From the NCBI GenBank assembly GCA_049999805.1, contig JBNGIO010006371.1, positions 21,413 through 85,412 on the forward strand: DNA of 64,000 bases, in the 5' to 3' direction. The stretch is from Folioceros fuciformis. Its lineage: Eukaryota. A model generated the notes under the pieces. The model made no database searches, had not been told where the DNA came from, and saw only the letters and a list, made by a program, of their open reading frames with translations. Positions 42,605 through 55,750 of the stretch are shown here, piece after piece; position 1 is the first letter of the stretch, and each line of letters opens with the position of its first letter. The position numbers were made by a program, and so were the translations under genes.

Positions 42605-43499
42605 CCTGCTGGCTCTGATTCCACCCCTCGGGCCGCTGGGCTACTTCGTTGGAATCCCACAACCCAGACTGCTAAGCAGCACAGCAAACACTGCAGAACA
42701 GTGCAATGCAGTGCAAAGCGAGGAGAGGGGAGGAGAACAGAATGCCAGACCAGGCCGGGCGAGACCAGGCTGGGCGGGCGGGCAGGCAGGTAGCCAGGAG
42801 AGGGAAATGGCAGCTAAGACAGGGACAGGGTGTCTTAAAGGGAGGGGAGAGGAGAAATCAGCTCAGCAGACAAGAATGACATGCCGAGGGGAGCCTCAGG
42901 GAATACGTGGCTGCCCGGCCAGCAGTCAAGACCTGGAGGTGCGAGGAACAAGAGGCATGCAGCTCAATCATTGGAGTGGGCTTAGTCGTAATGGTGAAGA
43001 GAGTAATGGGAGCAATCCGCCCGTTGCCTTGAATGGGCAGCATCGCGGGGGTGCGTGTCACGCGAGGCCGCCCAGCCCCAGCCTCAGCCTCAGGCCCAGC
43101 CCCAGCCCCAGAACGGGCCTCCGCCAAGGGTGGCTGCCTGCCCACTGGCAACGCACGCGCCCAGCAGATTCCGGAATCCTGCAGCGAAGCCCAGCCTCTC
43201 CCTCCATTATTTGCCCACCTTGGTAAAGCCCGGGACTAGGTCTGTATGTATGTATGTATGTGCAACCGGGCTCTCACTCCTTTCTATGATCTACAAATTA
43301 CTCTTGGTTTCGGACGCGGCTCTTTTTCTTCCCTCCATTTTCCTTGTTAAAACCATCTCACCGACCTATGTACAGTCCGTCACATCACTTTGGAAGAACA
43401 ATTCCAATTCCAATGTGAAAGTTGGCAAGAAGTTCTACCGTCAAGCAGGCGATTTCTGTGTCACCTTGTGGAAAATAAGTAGTGCTCATTCTCTCCTTG

Positions 43500-45060
43500 A
43501 ATAGGAATGTAATAAAGCAACTAGAGATCATATAAGTCCTAATCTTCCTTGAGGAGAATGCAACAAGGAATCAATGACACATTGTTGCAAGGTGGGTTTA
43601 TTCAGACATAGGACTAATGGCTTATTTGCACCATAAGGTCATCATCAAGAACAATACTCCATCTTGTTTTGCTTTCAATCAGAATGACAACAAACCTAGT
43701 TCTCCCAAAACCTAGTTCTCCCAAAAGAGCTTGAACACTTGGAACGACCACTCTTGGTCTGTTTGCAATGGTCAAGAGGTGTCCCCATATGCACTACAGC
43801 AAAGCCTTTGTATTTGTTGGTTTCTTCCTTCCGTAGATCATTGCCATCCAACTGAGCTAGAAGAAATAAAAGGCAAGACCTATATAACAAACCCCTCCAC
43901 TGGTTTTGTATGACTAGTTTGCATGAAGCTTCATCTAAGCTAAAAAGACCCTCGGCCATTTGGTTTGCGATTGCAATAGCAATTGTAGGAAAGAGACATT
44001 GTGGCCACTTTCTGTCTTCCTTCAAGGACTCTAAAGCATAGTCACATAGGAAGACCAAATGTTGACTTTTGTTTGGTGCATCAAATTTGCAAATTTTACA
44101 AAATTCCTTAGCTGCCACCACCAACAAGCCATCCTACCGGTCAGCATTCAATAAGAAAGCTTGGAGAAGCACCAAATTGTAATTTTGACCATGGGAGGGA
44201 TACCTACGGCCAACCTCAAGGAAATTGACAAATAACCTCAACCTAGGGACCATCGCCTTATGCTTGTCGTTTGTTGCAAATGGATCAACCAAAGGTGTAG
44301 GTTCATGGTGTGGAAATTTAAAAACAGCTTGGAGCACCCTTCTTCTCTCCTCAGATGCCTAGGCCACTTAAAAGATCAAGCCTTAGGATGAGCTCCCAAT
44401 TCTTTGCTAAGCGGAACTAACAGCGGATCAATGAGTCATTTGGGGATTGTTGCAATTTGAGTTGTTGTTCCTACATGCACCAGCATCCTACTCCTATAGT
44501 TCTCGACAAAATTGTGATTGGCCATAATGCTCCTTGGTATATCTTTGGGTCATCCCTACCTAGACCCTCCAAGGAGCTTTGCTAGTAAGAGAACTTGGTA
44601 GGACCACGTGACACATAGCCCACCTCGAGAAGAAACATAAAATGATCGATTTAGCTTCAGAGAAACTGCAACCTCATCATGCTCTAGTTCTCTCCATGGT
44701 ACCCTCCATAGTGTAAGAACCCCTAGCATCATCTACAACCTCTGCCTCATCCATGCCTTTGACAACCACCTGAAGATGGTTCTAATATGACAAAGTGGAA
44801 TCACAAACTCTTCCCAACATGTCTCTATTGCCTTCCTCTATTTCATAAGTGCTCAAGTTGAGACAAACCTTGTAGATCTGCTAACCATATTTAAGATTTG
44901 GGAGTAATGAACATCAGGGGTGAATTGTTGAATCCATAGCCCCTTGAAGCCTTGCAAAGGAAGACCTAGGATGTCATCAATGCATTGAGGCTTACTTATA
45001 GTGATAAAGGCTTTGGCCTCTAGATAACTCGACCAAATTGATTTAAAGAGCATGGAAATA
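43500..45060 (-). mobile_element. Heavily degraded LINE-like fragment
   Basis: CpG-poor, stop-riddled sequence with fragments such as LAVGIPPMVK..W and 'MLFKSIWSSY' reminiscent of LINE ORF2 C-terminal regions. Confidence 0.3.
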
Positions 45061-46860
45061 TAGTTAATTGCTCTTCTCCTCGCCCCAATAATTTAAATGC
45101 AGAACAAAATTTATTTATTATTATTTCTTTAGAATAATTTGGACAAAGAAACTTGTAATCTGAAGAGGATATAAAACAACCCCTTGACTTTTGGCCCTCT
45201 AACAGTCTTTTTCTCCTTTTGCTGCCGGGGGTAGATGAGATTTCTATTTTTTTTCTTACATAAAATACTCTATGCTTTCTTTCTTTCTACTATTGAATTA
45301 TATGAGGAGTCCACAACACATGTTGAAATTGGACTTGTAGTAAGATTAGTAAATATATAGAAGATTATATAGTTTATTATACTAACACTATTGATTCACT
45401 TAGGTGCTTCCTATTTATAAAATATTTTTTTGTGATGTATATAACTTCATAAACATGTTAGTCATAAACAATAAACACACCAAAATGATTACAAATAATT
45501 ATTTTAACATAGAATAAAGTTTGAAAAAAACTCGTATACTCAATGCACTAAAGATTAAAGAACTATGAGTTTAAAACGAAAAACTAATGAGATAGCATTA
45601 ATTTTTTATAATGGAATCTTCCAACTTATAACATATATTGATATGCATTAATGTGCTAAAGTGGATTAATGATTGAGATGAAGATAAAAGAGATAATGTG
45701 CTCAAGAGTTCATATTTTGATAAGAAAAACTCTTAGATTTCACATTCACATTAATATTTAAAGCATTTATGCAAAAATTCTAACTTAAAAATGGGTTTGA
45801 GGTAATGATCCCAATATTCAATGCTACAGCACACATGAGCTAGCCTTTACTAAGAAGCCTTAGTCGTAGGTCAAGGGAATGTTTAGCCATCTTTTTTTTC
45901 CTTTATTTTTATTTTTTATGTTTCTTTCATACAATATCAAATGTTGCCCTTGTAGTAATAAGCGTTATTCATAGGTTAAAGGTAGAAGGTGTTAAAGTTA
46001 TAAACTATGTGTTTAGCCTTTTTCTTTACTTTAACTATTTTTCATATATGTATTGTTTAATATGATGGCAAACAGTAGCTATCTTTTTGGATAAGTTACA
46101 TTTGCATATATGTTTAAATAAAAAATATATAAATATTTCAAAATAAATATTTATTGAGTTGCTAACCTTTATTACTGTTGTTAGAAAGGTTTAAATATTA
46201 TGATATGATTAAGAGAAATGAATTAATTATAACTAAATTAATTTGAAAACGAGCATGCTTCTATGTGTAGGTTGAACGTTAAATTATTGTATGAAGGCTT
46301 TAAAAATGAATCTAATTTTCTAACTTACAATTCATATGCTCATATAAAGAGACTTATACAAAGAAGATAAGGGTTCAAGTCTTAGAGCATAATTAACAAG
46401 TTCGCATATGGAATCCCTTATGGAATTTGTGACAACCATATTAGCCACGTAAATTTGCACCCTCTAGTAATCCATCTTAAGTAATATAGCATAGTGCGTT
46501 TACATGAGCACTTCTTTTTACTCAATCATTCAAAGCATGACCTGACAATCGAGATAATGGATGACAAACAGCATAATGGGTAGCAATACCCTATCTTGAG
46601 GCGACAATGGTGCAAAAAATAGGCTGAAATAGATTTGGAGCTATTTACAAAAGCTTTGGATAGTGGAGAAATAAGACTAGGATGAGCTAAGCTAAGCATC
46701 ATGGTTGAAAAAACATAGGTGATACATAGGATGTCTCATTTATCAATGTAAAATTTTAAATACTATATTATTTAGTCATGAATATATTTTAAATTTGAGA
46801 GTGTATTATCTTCAGAGGCTTGTGAGGCTCTACCTCTTTCACCTCCTTTTTTTTTTTTTT

Positions 46861-47770
46861 AAGGAAAGGGTTGAAGGGGCTTCATTCTTCCTCTTAGAAA
46901 AGCTACCCAGAAAAGTAATATGGCCAAGTACTAAGAGCCCTTCCTTAGACTCATCCATCCCTAGGTCTTCTCGGGCTCGTATTGACTCTTGTTTAGGTAA
47001 AAGAGCGGGCTCTTGGCTTTGGCTCGACCTTGTATCTGGGCATTTTGAATTGCACCAACAACTTTCGCCATTGTGATGAGATTTCGCTTTGGTTTGGTCC
47101 ACCCCTTGGCTTTTTCTCTCTTGACATGCAATCGTGGTGTTGCCATTGTGGATATAGGAACCCATCCGGCACATTGTTCCGTTGGGAGGTACCGTATTGC
47201 CACCCATGATGCAGTTCAAGATGTCATGTTCTCAATGGCTAGGGAGTGTGGGCTTCTTTTGTATAGGGAGTGTCTATACACTTTCTGTAACGGGGTTTTA
47301 CTCAGAGCCAACCTTTTTGCCACTGGGGGAATAGGTGTGTGTCATTGATGTGGTTGTTACGGATCCTACTAGGGATTTAATTTGTGAGCACATCATCATC
47401 AACCTCCCTAGATGGGCAGTGGAAGGTTGTGCAAGCACCAAAGTTTATAAGTATTCTCCCCTACAAGATGAGCATACTTTCATCCTCCTTGCTCTGGAGA
47501 CTCATGGGGCTATAGGCAAGGACTTTTCAAGGTTCATCAAGGAGTGTGCCAAGGTTTATCATAGGCACAGGAATGGGGTTCTCCCTCTTTCTTGTATGGT
47601 GGCCTTTAGAAATGGCAAAAAACATTGGCGAACGCAGTTTTAAGAATAGCAACAAGCGCATGTCAAGCAGCTTCTTCGACACATGTCAAGCAGCTTCTTC
47701 GACATCGATGGTGGGCAGGTGGGCAGGCCTTTTGTTATTCCATATCATGACATTTTGGGAGCAATAGATA
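46861..47770 (+). mobile_element. 5'-truncated CRE/R2-group non-LTR retrotransposon relic (restriction-like endonuclease domain)
   Basis: AGSWL...MRFRFGL...C...H..HC..G..RIATHDAV...RAN...VIDVVVTDP...TKVYKY...HTFILLALETHGAIG, the CCHC-RHD-PD..D/ExK-KY-ETxG motif series, with frameshifts. Confidence 0.7.
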
Positions 47771-48920
47771 GTTGAGTATGATGTTGGAAGGGGCTAGTAC
47801 CCTTTGGACTTTGGCCTTTCTTGGGTTGTTCCTCTAAGGCACTTTCTCAATAATAGAATTGAATGATAGAGTGTGTTTAAATCATTATCTCCATGTGGAT
47901 GAAAAAAATCTTTCAATTTTTTTTACATTTTTTTTATAATTTATTGCATATAATTATCTTGTATTTAAGTTAATATTTAATATTTAAATATAATTTTTAC
48001 AAAGGTTTTCTGGATTGGGTTATGCAGATTTTTACTCTCTTGTCATAGCAGCATGTGAAGGAATAAAGTGATACAAATTTTCCATCTGCTCTTTCAATAA
48101 AGTGTATTTAATTTATGTATAAAAATATAAATGGTTTATGGAAAGATAATTTTCCAAATATAAATATTTTAGAAAATAAACCGAACACATAGAAGTCTAC
48201 TACCAGTGAAAGCAAAACGAGTTTGGATAAAGGAAGGTTGAGAGACCTTGGCTGCGTTGCGTTCCACGATTGCAAAACGGCTGTAAAGCGATACCCGGTG
48301 AACTTTTAGCTCGTAATTACGAGGGTGCGGGCCGTGGTCCCCATGCTACCATGGGGATCCGCATCGCATGTATGGGGCATTGGAGGTGCCAAGTGGATCA
48401 CTCCCTCCAGGAGCTTCCACCTAATAAGCCAGAAAGCGTCAAAGAGGACCAAGTCGCTCACGCCTACGGTGCAGGCAGGCTATGCACGGGAGGCGGAGCG
48501 AGGGCCACTCCCTCCAAATATGCTACATATGCTGCGGAACTGGAGGGGAAAGGGCCACGTCGCCAGCGTGCGGCCTGGTCAACAGATGGAGCTCCCATTT
48601 TGTCTTGGGGCATCTGCAAACTATGTCCAAGGTCGCTACTCGACGACGGTGACGAGGATGGCGGTAGGACGGTGGGCTCCCTGTTACGGCCACTGGCTTG
48701 GCCCTGGCTCAAATCCTGAAGTCGCCCACGTGTCGCCTACCAATTTCCTCGCACCGCCAATGCATTGCGATTGGCTTGTCCTACCTAGAGTCGCTGGGAA
48801 TTGGAGGAAGGAAATCGGAGGCCAGAGGTTTTAGAGGCTGGATGTTATTGCGTGACGCGTCAGACCTAAATCTAGTTGCATGTTGGCTTGCTGTCATCAG
48901 TGGGCTAAACCAGCAGCGAA

Positions 48921-50799
48921 TCAGGTAGGCGGGTTTGTGTGCACTGCTGGGGCGCCACAACTTCCAGAGGTACAAGTACCCTGTTGTCCCTCGTCGGCAA
49001 ACCTGGCGAGCCACATAGCCTGGTTGGTCAGACATTTTAATGCCACAGTGTAGCACAGAGATGAGAGCAGCACAGTCTAGGGGAAGGCACGCACCCAAGT
49101 TCGGATAATTTCAGATGCGCTTCGGCATAATCCGAGAAGAAGGCATCCTCGTCCTGCATCGGGGGACATGCTTTTAGCCTACAGTGTTTGAAGGAGTTGC
49201 ACCCACGTGGAGGATGAGTTTCAATCTGCACCTTGGCATAGAGCTCAACATACGGGCGGAAACCAGGGTCTTCAACCAGGATCTTGTCTGTAGGCAGCTG
49301 CACTATGCCTTCACGTTCCCCTGACAGCAGTTCTCTGTCACAAGTTTGGTAAAGTTAAAAGCCTCAACCAAGTCCAGGTGCGTTGTGGTAGACAAGTGGA
49401 CTTACAGAAAGAAGGCGTTATCGAAGTAGAGCGGGTTCTCTGTCCAAGGGCCCTCGAAGCCCGACCGCTCCATATGGCATCGTCCCTGCCAAGGACCGGT
49501 GACATGTCAGAGGGGGTGATCATCTATTTCGGGCTCTTGGAGTGGATTGGCTAATTGCGATTCAGTTCATACAAGAGTGTGGGCCCCGGACAGAGCAACA
49601 ATTTCCTTGTCGTTCAAGCCCATATGACCGAACACCTCTCGCAGATGGTCTGCCCCTGCAATCTCACCAGCAGCAACCAAGGCGTAGTAAGAGTCATTCA
49701 CCCACTGCCTGCCGCCTCTGCAGCTCCAACGACTATTATACGTCAATGACAACGACACGAATATGAGACAACTCTGAACCTTTCTTTGCATCTGGCAATC
49801 GACCTTCTTCCGGGACAGTTGTCAAATCCTGCGCCAAGAGATCATCCCATGGCTCAGGTGCGTTCTCAAAGAAAATTATAAAGAAATCAAGGACATGGAA
49901 AAGGTGCCAACATCACATGGGCTCAGGGTAAAGGTCTGTACAACCTGTCGGCCCGGGTGGAATGGAATTTCGGGTCCACCAGTTATCTCAACAGCAACCA
50001 CGCCCGCTAGCTGCATCTCAAGGATGCGGTCACTTCTCGTTATTAAAATGTCCGCATCTCACTGCGCAATGGTTCAGGAACTGTGACATGTAGGCTACAT
50101 CAGAGTATCTGCTACCAAGAACCAGGGGGATGCGTAGGCCATTGTAACAGTTGTGAATGTAACTTTAGCCAGATAGATAAAGCCAATTATGGACATATGC
50201 TCGTCTACGGGACGATACTGCATTGAGAGATCTTTTTCTTATGGCGATCCCCAGTCATCAAACATGAACCCGGTGGCAGAGGGAAGAGGGCTGAACATGG
50301 AAGACACACCTGATAGAAATCTGCATAAGTAAGGATTGGAAATTGCTTCTTCACAGGTTCAAGAAGCTCAACAGCAATATCGAGACCCTTGTTAGCCTCG
50401 TGCGCAAGCTCTTCTGGACACCGGATGGTTCCGAAAGGCCCTCCAGTTCTGGTCTTGCAGTCATATGTCCCAGCTCCATGCCACCTGCTCCAGCATCACA
50501 TTCAAGGATCATGGCTTCAAGGCCCTTTCGACCTACAGCTAAAATACTTGCACTAGGTCTGTATCGCTACTCACGCAAGCCGAAGAATAATTGGAGCACA
50601 GTTTTTCTCTGTCCCCCCAAAGCAGTGCACAGGCGACCTAGTCAGGCCAGCGATTCTCATCTGAGACAGTTCAAAATACTTGATGTAAGACACGCCTGGA
50701 AATTGCCCGAGTACCAGCTATGCGAGCCCGGAGTTTCCTTCGAGCCTTGTGAACAGCGACATTGTACTCGCTGCTCACGGTGGGGTAAACCTTTCCCAT
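48921..50799 (-). CDS. APX: Cytosolic-type L-ascorbate peroxidase, multi-exon
   Basis: [102 protein letters not shown]. Confidence 0.95.
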
Positions 50800-52407
50800 G
50801 AATGCTTCTACGGAAGCAGCAAAAGGTCCGATTTGGAGCTTGTCAAGAATCTTCCTGTCGTAATTTACAGTCTGCTGTGCGACAAAAATGAGTGCCGACA
50901 AAGAACTCACTCACGAGTCAATCAANNNNNNNNNNNNNNNNNNNNNNNNNNNNNNNNNNNNNNNNNNNNNNNNNNNNNNNNNNNNNNNNNNNNNNNNNNN
51001 NNNNNNNNNNNNNNNNNNNNNNNNNACTGATGCAGAGACTCCAGCGACTGATTTGGCGGGAGCAGAGCAGGACAGGACAGGCTGCCGTTCTTGCGTCTTC
51101 CTCGCGCCTTGATTGCGCAGGGAGAGTGACGGAGTTCGAACTGAACCATAGGAGATTCTTATCACCCAGCCTCACAGAATCGCGATTCTTTCTCATTCGA
51201 TGTTCCCTCCTTCCGCGTAGAGGGGAGGGAGCGAGGGGGTGCAGAGGGACGGCCGGCAGCGGAAGGAGATGGCAGCAGCCGCAGGCATAGCCACTTGTCA
51301 CAGGGTGGCAGACTCGCAGCTGCTTCCAGACGGAGGCGAGTATCACCTGCACGAAGCTGCCATAATGTGTGCAGTGCACGGTCAACTGCGGCGCTACGGA
51401 GCTCGCCCGGAAGACTGGAAGTTCGTGGTCAGGAATTTAGGCAATGCCGTGCTGCCGATTTGCGGTCCTTTGGCGTGAGGCCTTGTGGACCCCGGCCTTG
51501 TACGAGGGGCTCAGCGCAGGGGAATGAGCCTTTGAGCCCCGCGGGCTGCCGGTGTCAGGGTGAGCTTGCTTTTGGAGACGACGTTTTTTAGCAAATGTTC
51601 AGAATTGCTGCCTGCCGTGTCAGAGTGAATGCCTTCTCGGTGAATACTTCGGGTACCTGTGCCCGGATTTGCAGACCACCTTTCAGTCGGGAGTACAAAC
51701 AAAAAGCAGTCTTGCACAAACTGCAGAACGGTGAGCCTCCACTGACGCCAGTCCAGGGTTTCTGATTGCTCTTGTCAGTCCTTTACAGCTGTTGCAAGGA
51801 CTATTGTGTGCTCCCACTGTACAGGAGACGCGGAAATGCCGTGGGTCACTTGCAATGGCGGGTTCGATGCAGGCCGAATTAGCTGGCTGCGTAGGTACTA
51901 CGTACTGTACCAATTCCGTTCGCTCCACCTCCCTCGAGCGTTGCTGGTTTGTCTTTCCAGGCCTGAGTTTTACTCTCCTCTAAGTGTGTGTAGGCGATCC
52001 TGCAGGGGCACGAAACAGATGCTATGCGGAGAGGGCAACGTGCCGGATTAATTGCGGCTTTCTGAACGCCATCATTGCCCCGAAAACCTAAGCCAGTGCA
52101 TCACAGCAGTCTCCTTTGCCGCCATGATTCATGGCGAAGTCGGTCCTCTACCTTGTGTTATGAAGTCGAGACATCGAACTCAACTTGGAACTTCGTAGGC
52201 TGTGCGGCAGCGCTCTTCGGGGAAGAGCTTGGGACGAACGCCTGCGTAGAGGTAAAGCACTCCTTTACATATATTTTACTAATTTTATATTTATATTATC
52301 AGTTTATATATAACATACAATCACACCAACTGCTTCTGTTTTTTTTTTTTTTTTTTTTTTTCTCACTCGTCTAACTGTGATACTATTTAAGACACCAATC
52401 TAATATC

Positions 52408-54162
52408 TCATATTGATTCATAAGTGATATATGCTTTGCCTATAGTTACAGGATTATCTAAGGTATGTTGGATGCCAGCAACAATAGTCACAACAATCTC
52501 ATCTAACTTCGTAGCATGTAATTGCTTTAGTTTAAGACCCAATCCCACACGACATAATGTTCTATTGCCTGCAGGAATTGTATTTGGTAGATTGTCATAC
52601 ACTGCAGAGAACTCTGCACAACTAACATTGCTATCTCCTTCTGACGCATTAGGAAACAACAAAAAGGCACGGACCTGGGCTGGCTTGGACCAATTCATTT
52701 GCATACCCTCAAAGACGAGCACCTCTTCTAGTGAGTCCACAGTCATGTCCTTCGCATTATCTGTCCTATGTGAACACCTGCCCTTAGCATTATCTGTCCT
52801 ATGTGAACTCATGCCCTTAGCATTATTTGTCTCCTTGTAGTGGCCAAAAGTGAAGTGGGTAGTACAGTTGCTTCTTTTTGGTCGTTGAAGACGTAATACA
52901 ACTGGAGAACCCCAAACAACTTGGAGAGTAGAGTTGTCATATAATGGTATTGAGTTGATCCAAGCTAATCTGTCATCCTTAGATGCAAACTTTGAGCAAA
53001 TATTGGGCTTGAATTCATACCACTTCTTATCACTATCATCAGGTGCCGTCTCATATTTGTAGCGAAGTTGAGTCTCACTGTCCAAGTTTTGGTTCACTTT
53101 AACGATAACTGGCTGGGCTTTTTCATTGTAGAAAAGAAACTCTGTTTCAAGATAATCTGGGTCACGTATATCCACCCGCCACTCACCAAAGCTTTTCCAC
53201 ACATTCCACAAGCGGTCAATATTGGCATGATGTATGTAGAATATTGGATCATTTCCACTGAAAGCAAGAGACCCCATGTCAATACTATCCTCCTCATACA
53301 TATTGCCAGTCCAAGAATGCACAGAGTCATGCACACTTGATTCCACCAAACCTTGTCCAGATGCTAAAGCTTCAGTGATGGTCGGATCTCCGGATCGAAA
53401 GGGCTGCCCGTGAAATAATAACCTTGTGGTAGAACCTGTGACCATAGCCAAGTTCAAGGTGGCTAAATTGTTCATGCGCAACTCCTCTGTGTTGTTTTGT
53501 GGGTCATAAACAAAAGGAGGAATAGCATCTGAATCGTCTTGGAACGTGAGATTAGCCATGGCAGGTCGGAGGTGGTTTGCATTCCGATGGACATCGTTCA
53601 AGGAGGCATAATTTTGATAGGGAGCTGGAATAGCTGCAGCATCTTGGTTATCCCAATTCCAATAGGGCAATGAAAACGTCGGGTCATCTAGTAAGGAAGC
53701 AAGAGTCTGCTCATGAAAGTAAAGATACCAACGATGCCAAGAGAAAAAGAACCAAGTATAGTGAACTTGCCACATTGCAGGGTCACCACTACTCGGATCT
53801 ATCCATCCCGTAGGAAATTGCAAAGTACAATAAGCACAATGCATTCGCCGTTGTTGCTCCAAGCTTCGAGGATCCTCGTCGGGAAGAGCTCGCATTAATT
53901 CGTAAGCTTTGGAAAGCCGTTGTTGCTCGGCTGCAGTCAAAAGGTGTGCAGGACGTCGGACCCGGATTGTTGGAACGTCTTCTTGGGTTGGATTTGTAAA
54001 ATGAATAGTACCATTGTCATAGCTCTTAGAAGGACAACATGCATCATCTAGACATTCAGAAAACTTGGGGGCTGGAATAGGATCAGCATCTCCCAACAAA
54101 ACATAGACATAACCACAACAAACCATAAGCAAAAGCTTGTTCACAAACTTCATTCCTGCCAT
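52408..54162 (-). CDS. PPO: Polyphenol oxidase (type-3 copper protein) with secretory signal peptide, intronless (PPO-1)
   Basis: Short hydrophobic leader then DPIPAP; CuA HCAYC...QVHYTWFFFSWHRWYLYFHE; CuB ESSVHDSVH...DMG...DPIFYIHHANIDRLW; DYL/FLFYNE and YKY motifs. Confidence 0.95.
   Translation of the reverse strand: MAGMKFVNKLLLMVCCGYVYVLLGDADPIPAPKFSECLDDACCPSKSYDNGTIHFTNPTQEDVPTIRVRRPAHLLTAAEQQRLSKAYELMRALPDEDPRSLEQQRRMHCAYCTLQFPTGWIDPSSGDPAMWQVHYTWFFFSWHRWYLYFHEQTLASLLDDPTFSLPYWNWDNQDAAAIPAPYQNYASLNDVHRNANHLRPAMANLTFQDDSDAIPPFVYDPQNNTEELRMNNLATLNLAMVTGSTTRLLFHGQPFRSGDPTITEALASGQGLVESSVHDSVHSWTGNMYEEDSIDMGSLAFSGNDPIFYIHHANIDRLWNVWKSFGEWRVDIRDPDYLETEFLFYNEKAQPVIVKVNQNLDSETQLRYKYETAPDDSDKKWYEFKPNICSKFASKDDRLAWINSIPLYDNSTLQVVWGSPVVLRLQRPKRSNCTTHFTFGHYKETNNAKGMSSHRTDNAKGRCSHRTDNAKDMTVDSLEEVLVFEGMQMNWSKPAQVRAFLLFPNASEGDSNVSCAEFSAVYDNLPNTIPAGNRTLCRVGLGLKLKQLHATKLDEIVVTIVAGIQHTLDNPVTIGKAYITYESI
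52749..52826 (-). repeat. 33-bp in-frame tandem repeat (~2.4 copies, SHRTDNAK) in PPO-1
   Basis: ccttcgcattatctgtcctatgtgaacacctgc / ccttagcattatctgtcctatgtgaactcatgc / ccttagcattat. Confidence 0.9.
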
Positions 54163-54599
54163 AGTACGCAAAGCTAAAATATCTCTTAGCGCAGGAAGCT
54201 CATCCTATTCTTGATGTTAGTGCCCTTTTATGCTATGTAGCATCCCGTTGCGTTGTCGTTTTCAAGACGCCACCAAATGACAAATTTTACTTGGCTTGTG
54301 CAAAGTATCAGATCATGGAATGCACAATGAAGTTAGCGCACCAAACTGTACCTCAGGGATGTCGAGTAGGTACGCGGGTTGGGTGGAACGTCGAGGTTTT
54401 CCCGCCTTGGTCGAACGAATGTTTTTGGTTGGCCGGACGCAAGTTCCTTGTACAATCTCTCCAGGCCGCCGGTGATCCTTACCTTCCTCGCTCGTTGCCT
54501 TTGGGTGTGGTGCTCTTACGATTCGCGGTCTTTCCGTGCCGATCTCAACTGCCCTCCTGGCAGCGGCGGTGGCGGCGGTGGCGGGGGCAGGATTGGCTC

Positions 54600-55125
54600 G
54601 CTCAATTCTGCGGAAGGCTGGTGAATGATTTCGGTGACGTCAACATGGACCAGCAAATGACCAGCACACATTTTCCCACGGGTTGCTGAACCGTAGATGT
54701 TGCGTTTCAAGCTTTCCGGTTGCTTGGAATGATGGTCACAGGGTGCTCCTGCGTGGAAGTTCTGGAGACCAAGCTGCACCTCCCATGCTTTTGGTGATCT
54801 TTGGTGTTACGAAATGACAAGCGGACTGGCACGGAACAAGGATGGCACGTCAGCCGCCCCACGGCGAATTTCTGTGGGAGGCGTGTCCGAGCAAACGCGA
54901 AGCCAGACAGGGTTGTGCAGGCGGAGGATGTGACTGTCGGCCAGGCAACAAATGTCGGTCACGGTTCTTCTCTTCGGTACGATTTGCGCGGGTAGCTCAC
55001 TAATCAGGGCTCGGGACGGAAGTTTTTGGTGCTGCCTATGCCATGGAGGAAGATTCTGTATTATAACCCTAAGCTTCACTGCGTGTGATCGTTTTTGGAG
55101 AACAATCGGCGAGAAAATGCAATGC
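54600..55125 (+). pseudogene. Carboxylesterase (CXE) pseudogene fragment 1
   Basis: GATTTCGGTGACGTCAACATGGAC matches the CXE start region; SGLARNKDGT, RVRANAKP and CHGGRFCIITLSFTACDRFWR align with intact CXE exon 2, with frameshifts. Confidence 0.8.
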
Positions 55126-55639
55126 CGGGTCCTTTCTCTTGGGGCTCTTGCTATTGCTTGTTTTGAGCTGCTTCTAGGGTCTCAGCCTGTGTTGCTTCGA
55201 GGCCCTATGATGGCTCCAAGCCAAAACGGGCCCAAGCCTCAGTACATCTGTGGGTTTGTAAAGGTGAATTACCCTCTTGAATGTTCACACCCAGCTTTTG
55301 CAAGGACATGTTCCATCACCCGTGGAGAAGGTCTTGTGCAAGGATTTCTTCCTCCTGCAACGGCAACTCTGACAGTCCCCTGCGGAACCTCAAACCCCAA
55401 AGCTTCTGTCCGACCTCTGAACGCTGCCCTTCCCACCAGTGCGGACCGCACTGGCCATCTACATCAGCTTCTCATCATTCATCCGCATTACAATCACGAT
55501 CCCTCATGTCATCTTACCGCCAGTTGCACTGCAAGATTTCTACCTGAAGGGTTGTCAGTGATATTTGATGATGAGCCAGAGGCCAAGCTAAAGCGTCCCC
55601 ACTGGCAGAGTTTTACGTAGTTTTAGAAAGTAGCATTGC

Positions 55640-55750
55640 GTGTGTGCCTCCGAGGGCAGCTTGCTGGCACCAGCCATGGACTGGACTGTTGGGAGGGCTG
55701 TGCTGGGACCGAGCTTCTGGGTTTTGAGCGAACGGGAGGAAAAAGCAAGT
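55640..55750 (+). pseudogene. PFP-beta pseudogene fragment, inverted relative to the intact gene
   Basis: gggcagcttgctggcaccagccatggactggactgttggg nearly matches the PFP coding sequence gggcaacttgctggcaccagccacggactggactgttggg (62638-62680 minus). Confidence 0.8.

Noticed and set aside
48270-48834. Overlapping 149-169-aa ORFs downstream of APX
   Set aside because: Non-ATG starts, no recognisable motifs, GC-rich sequence where chance ORFs are expected
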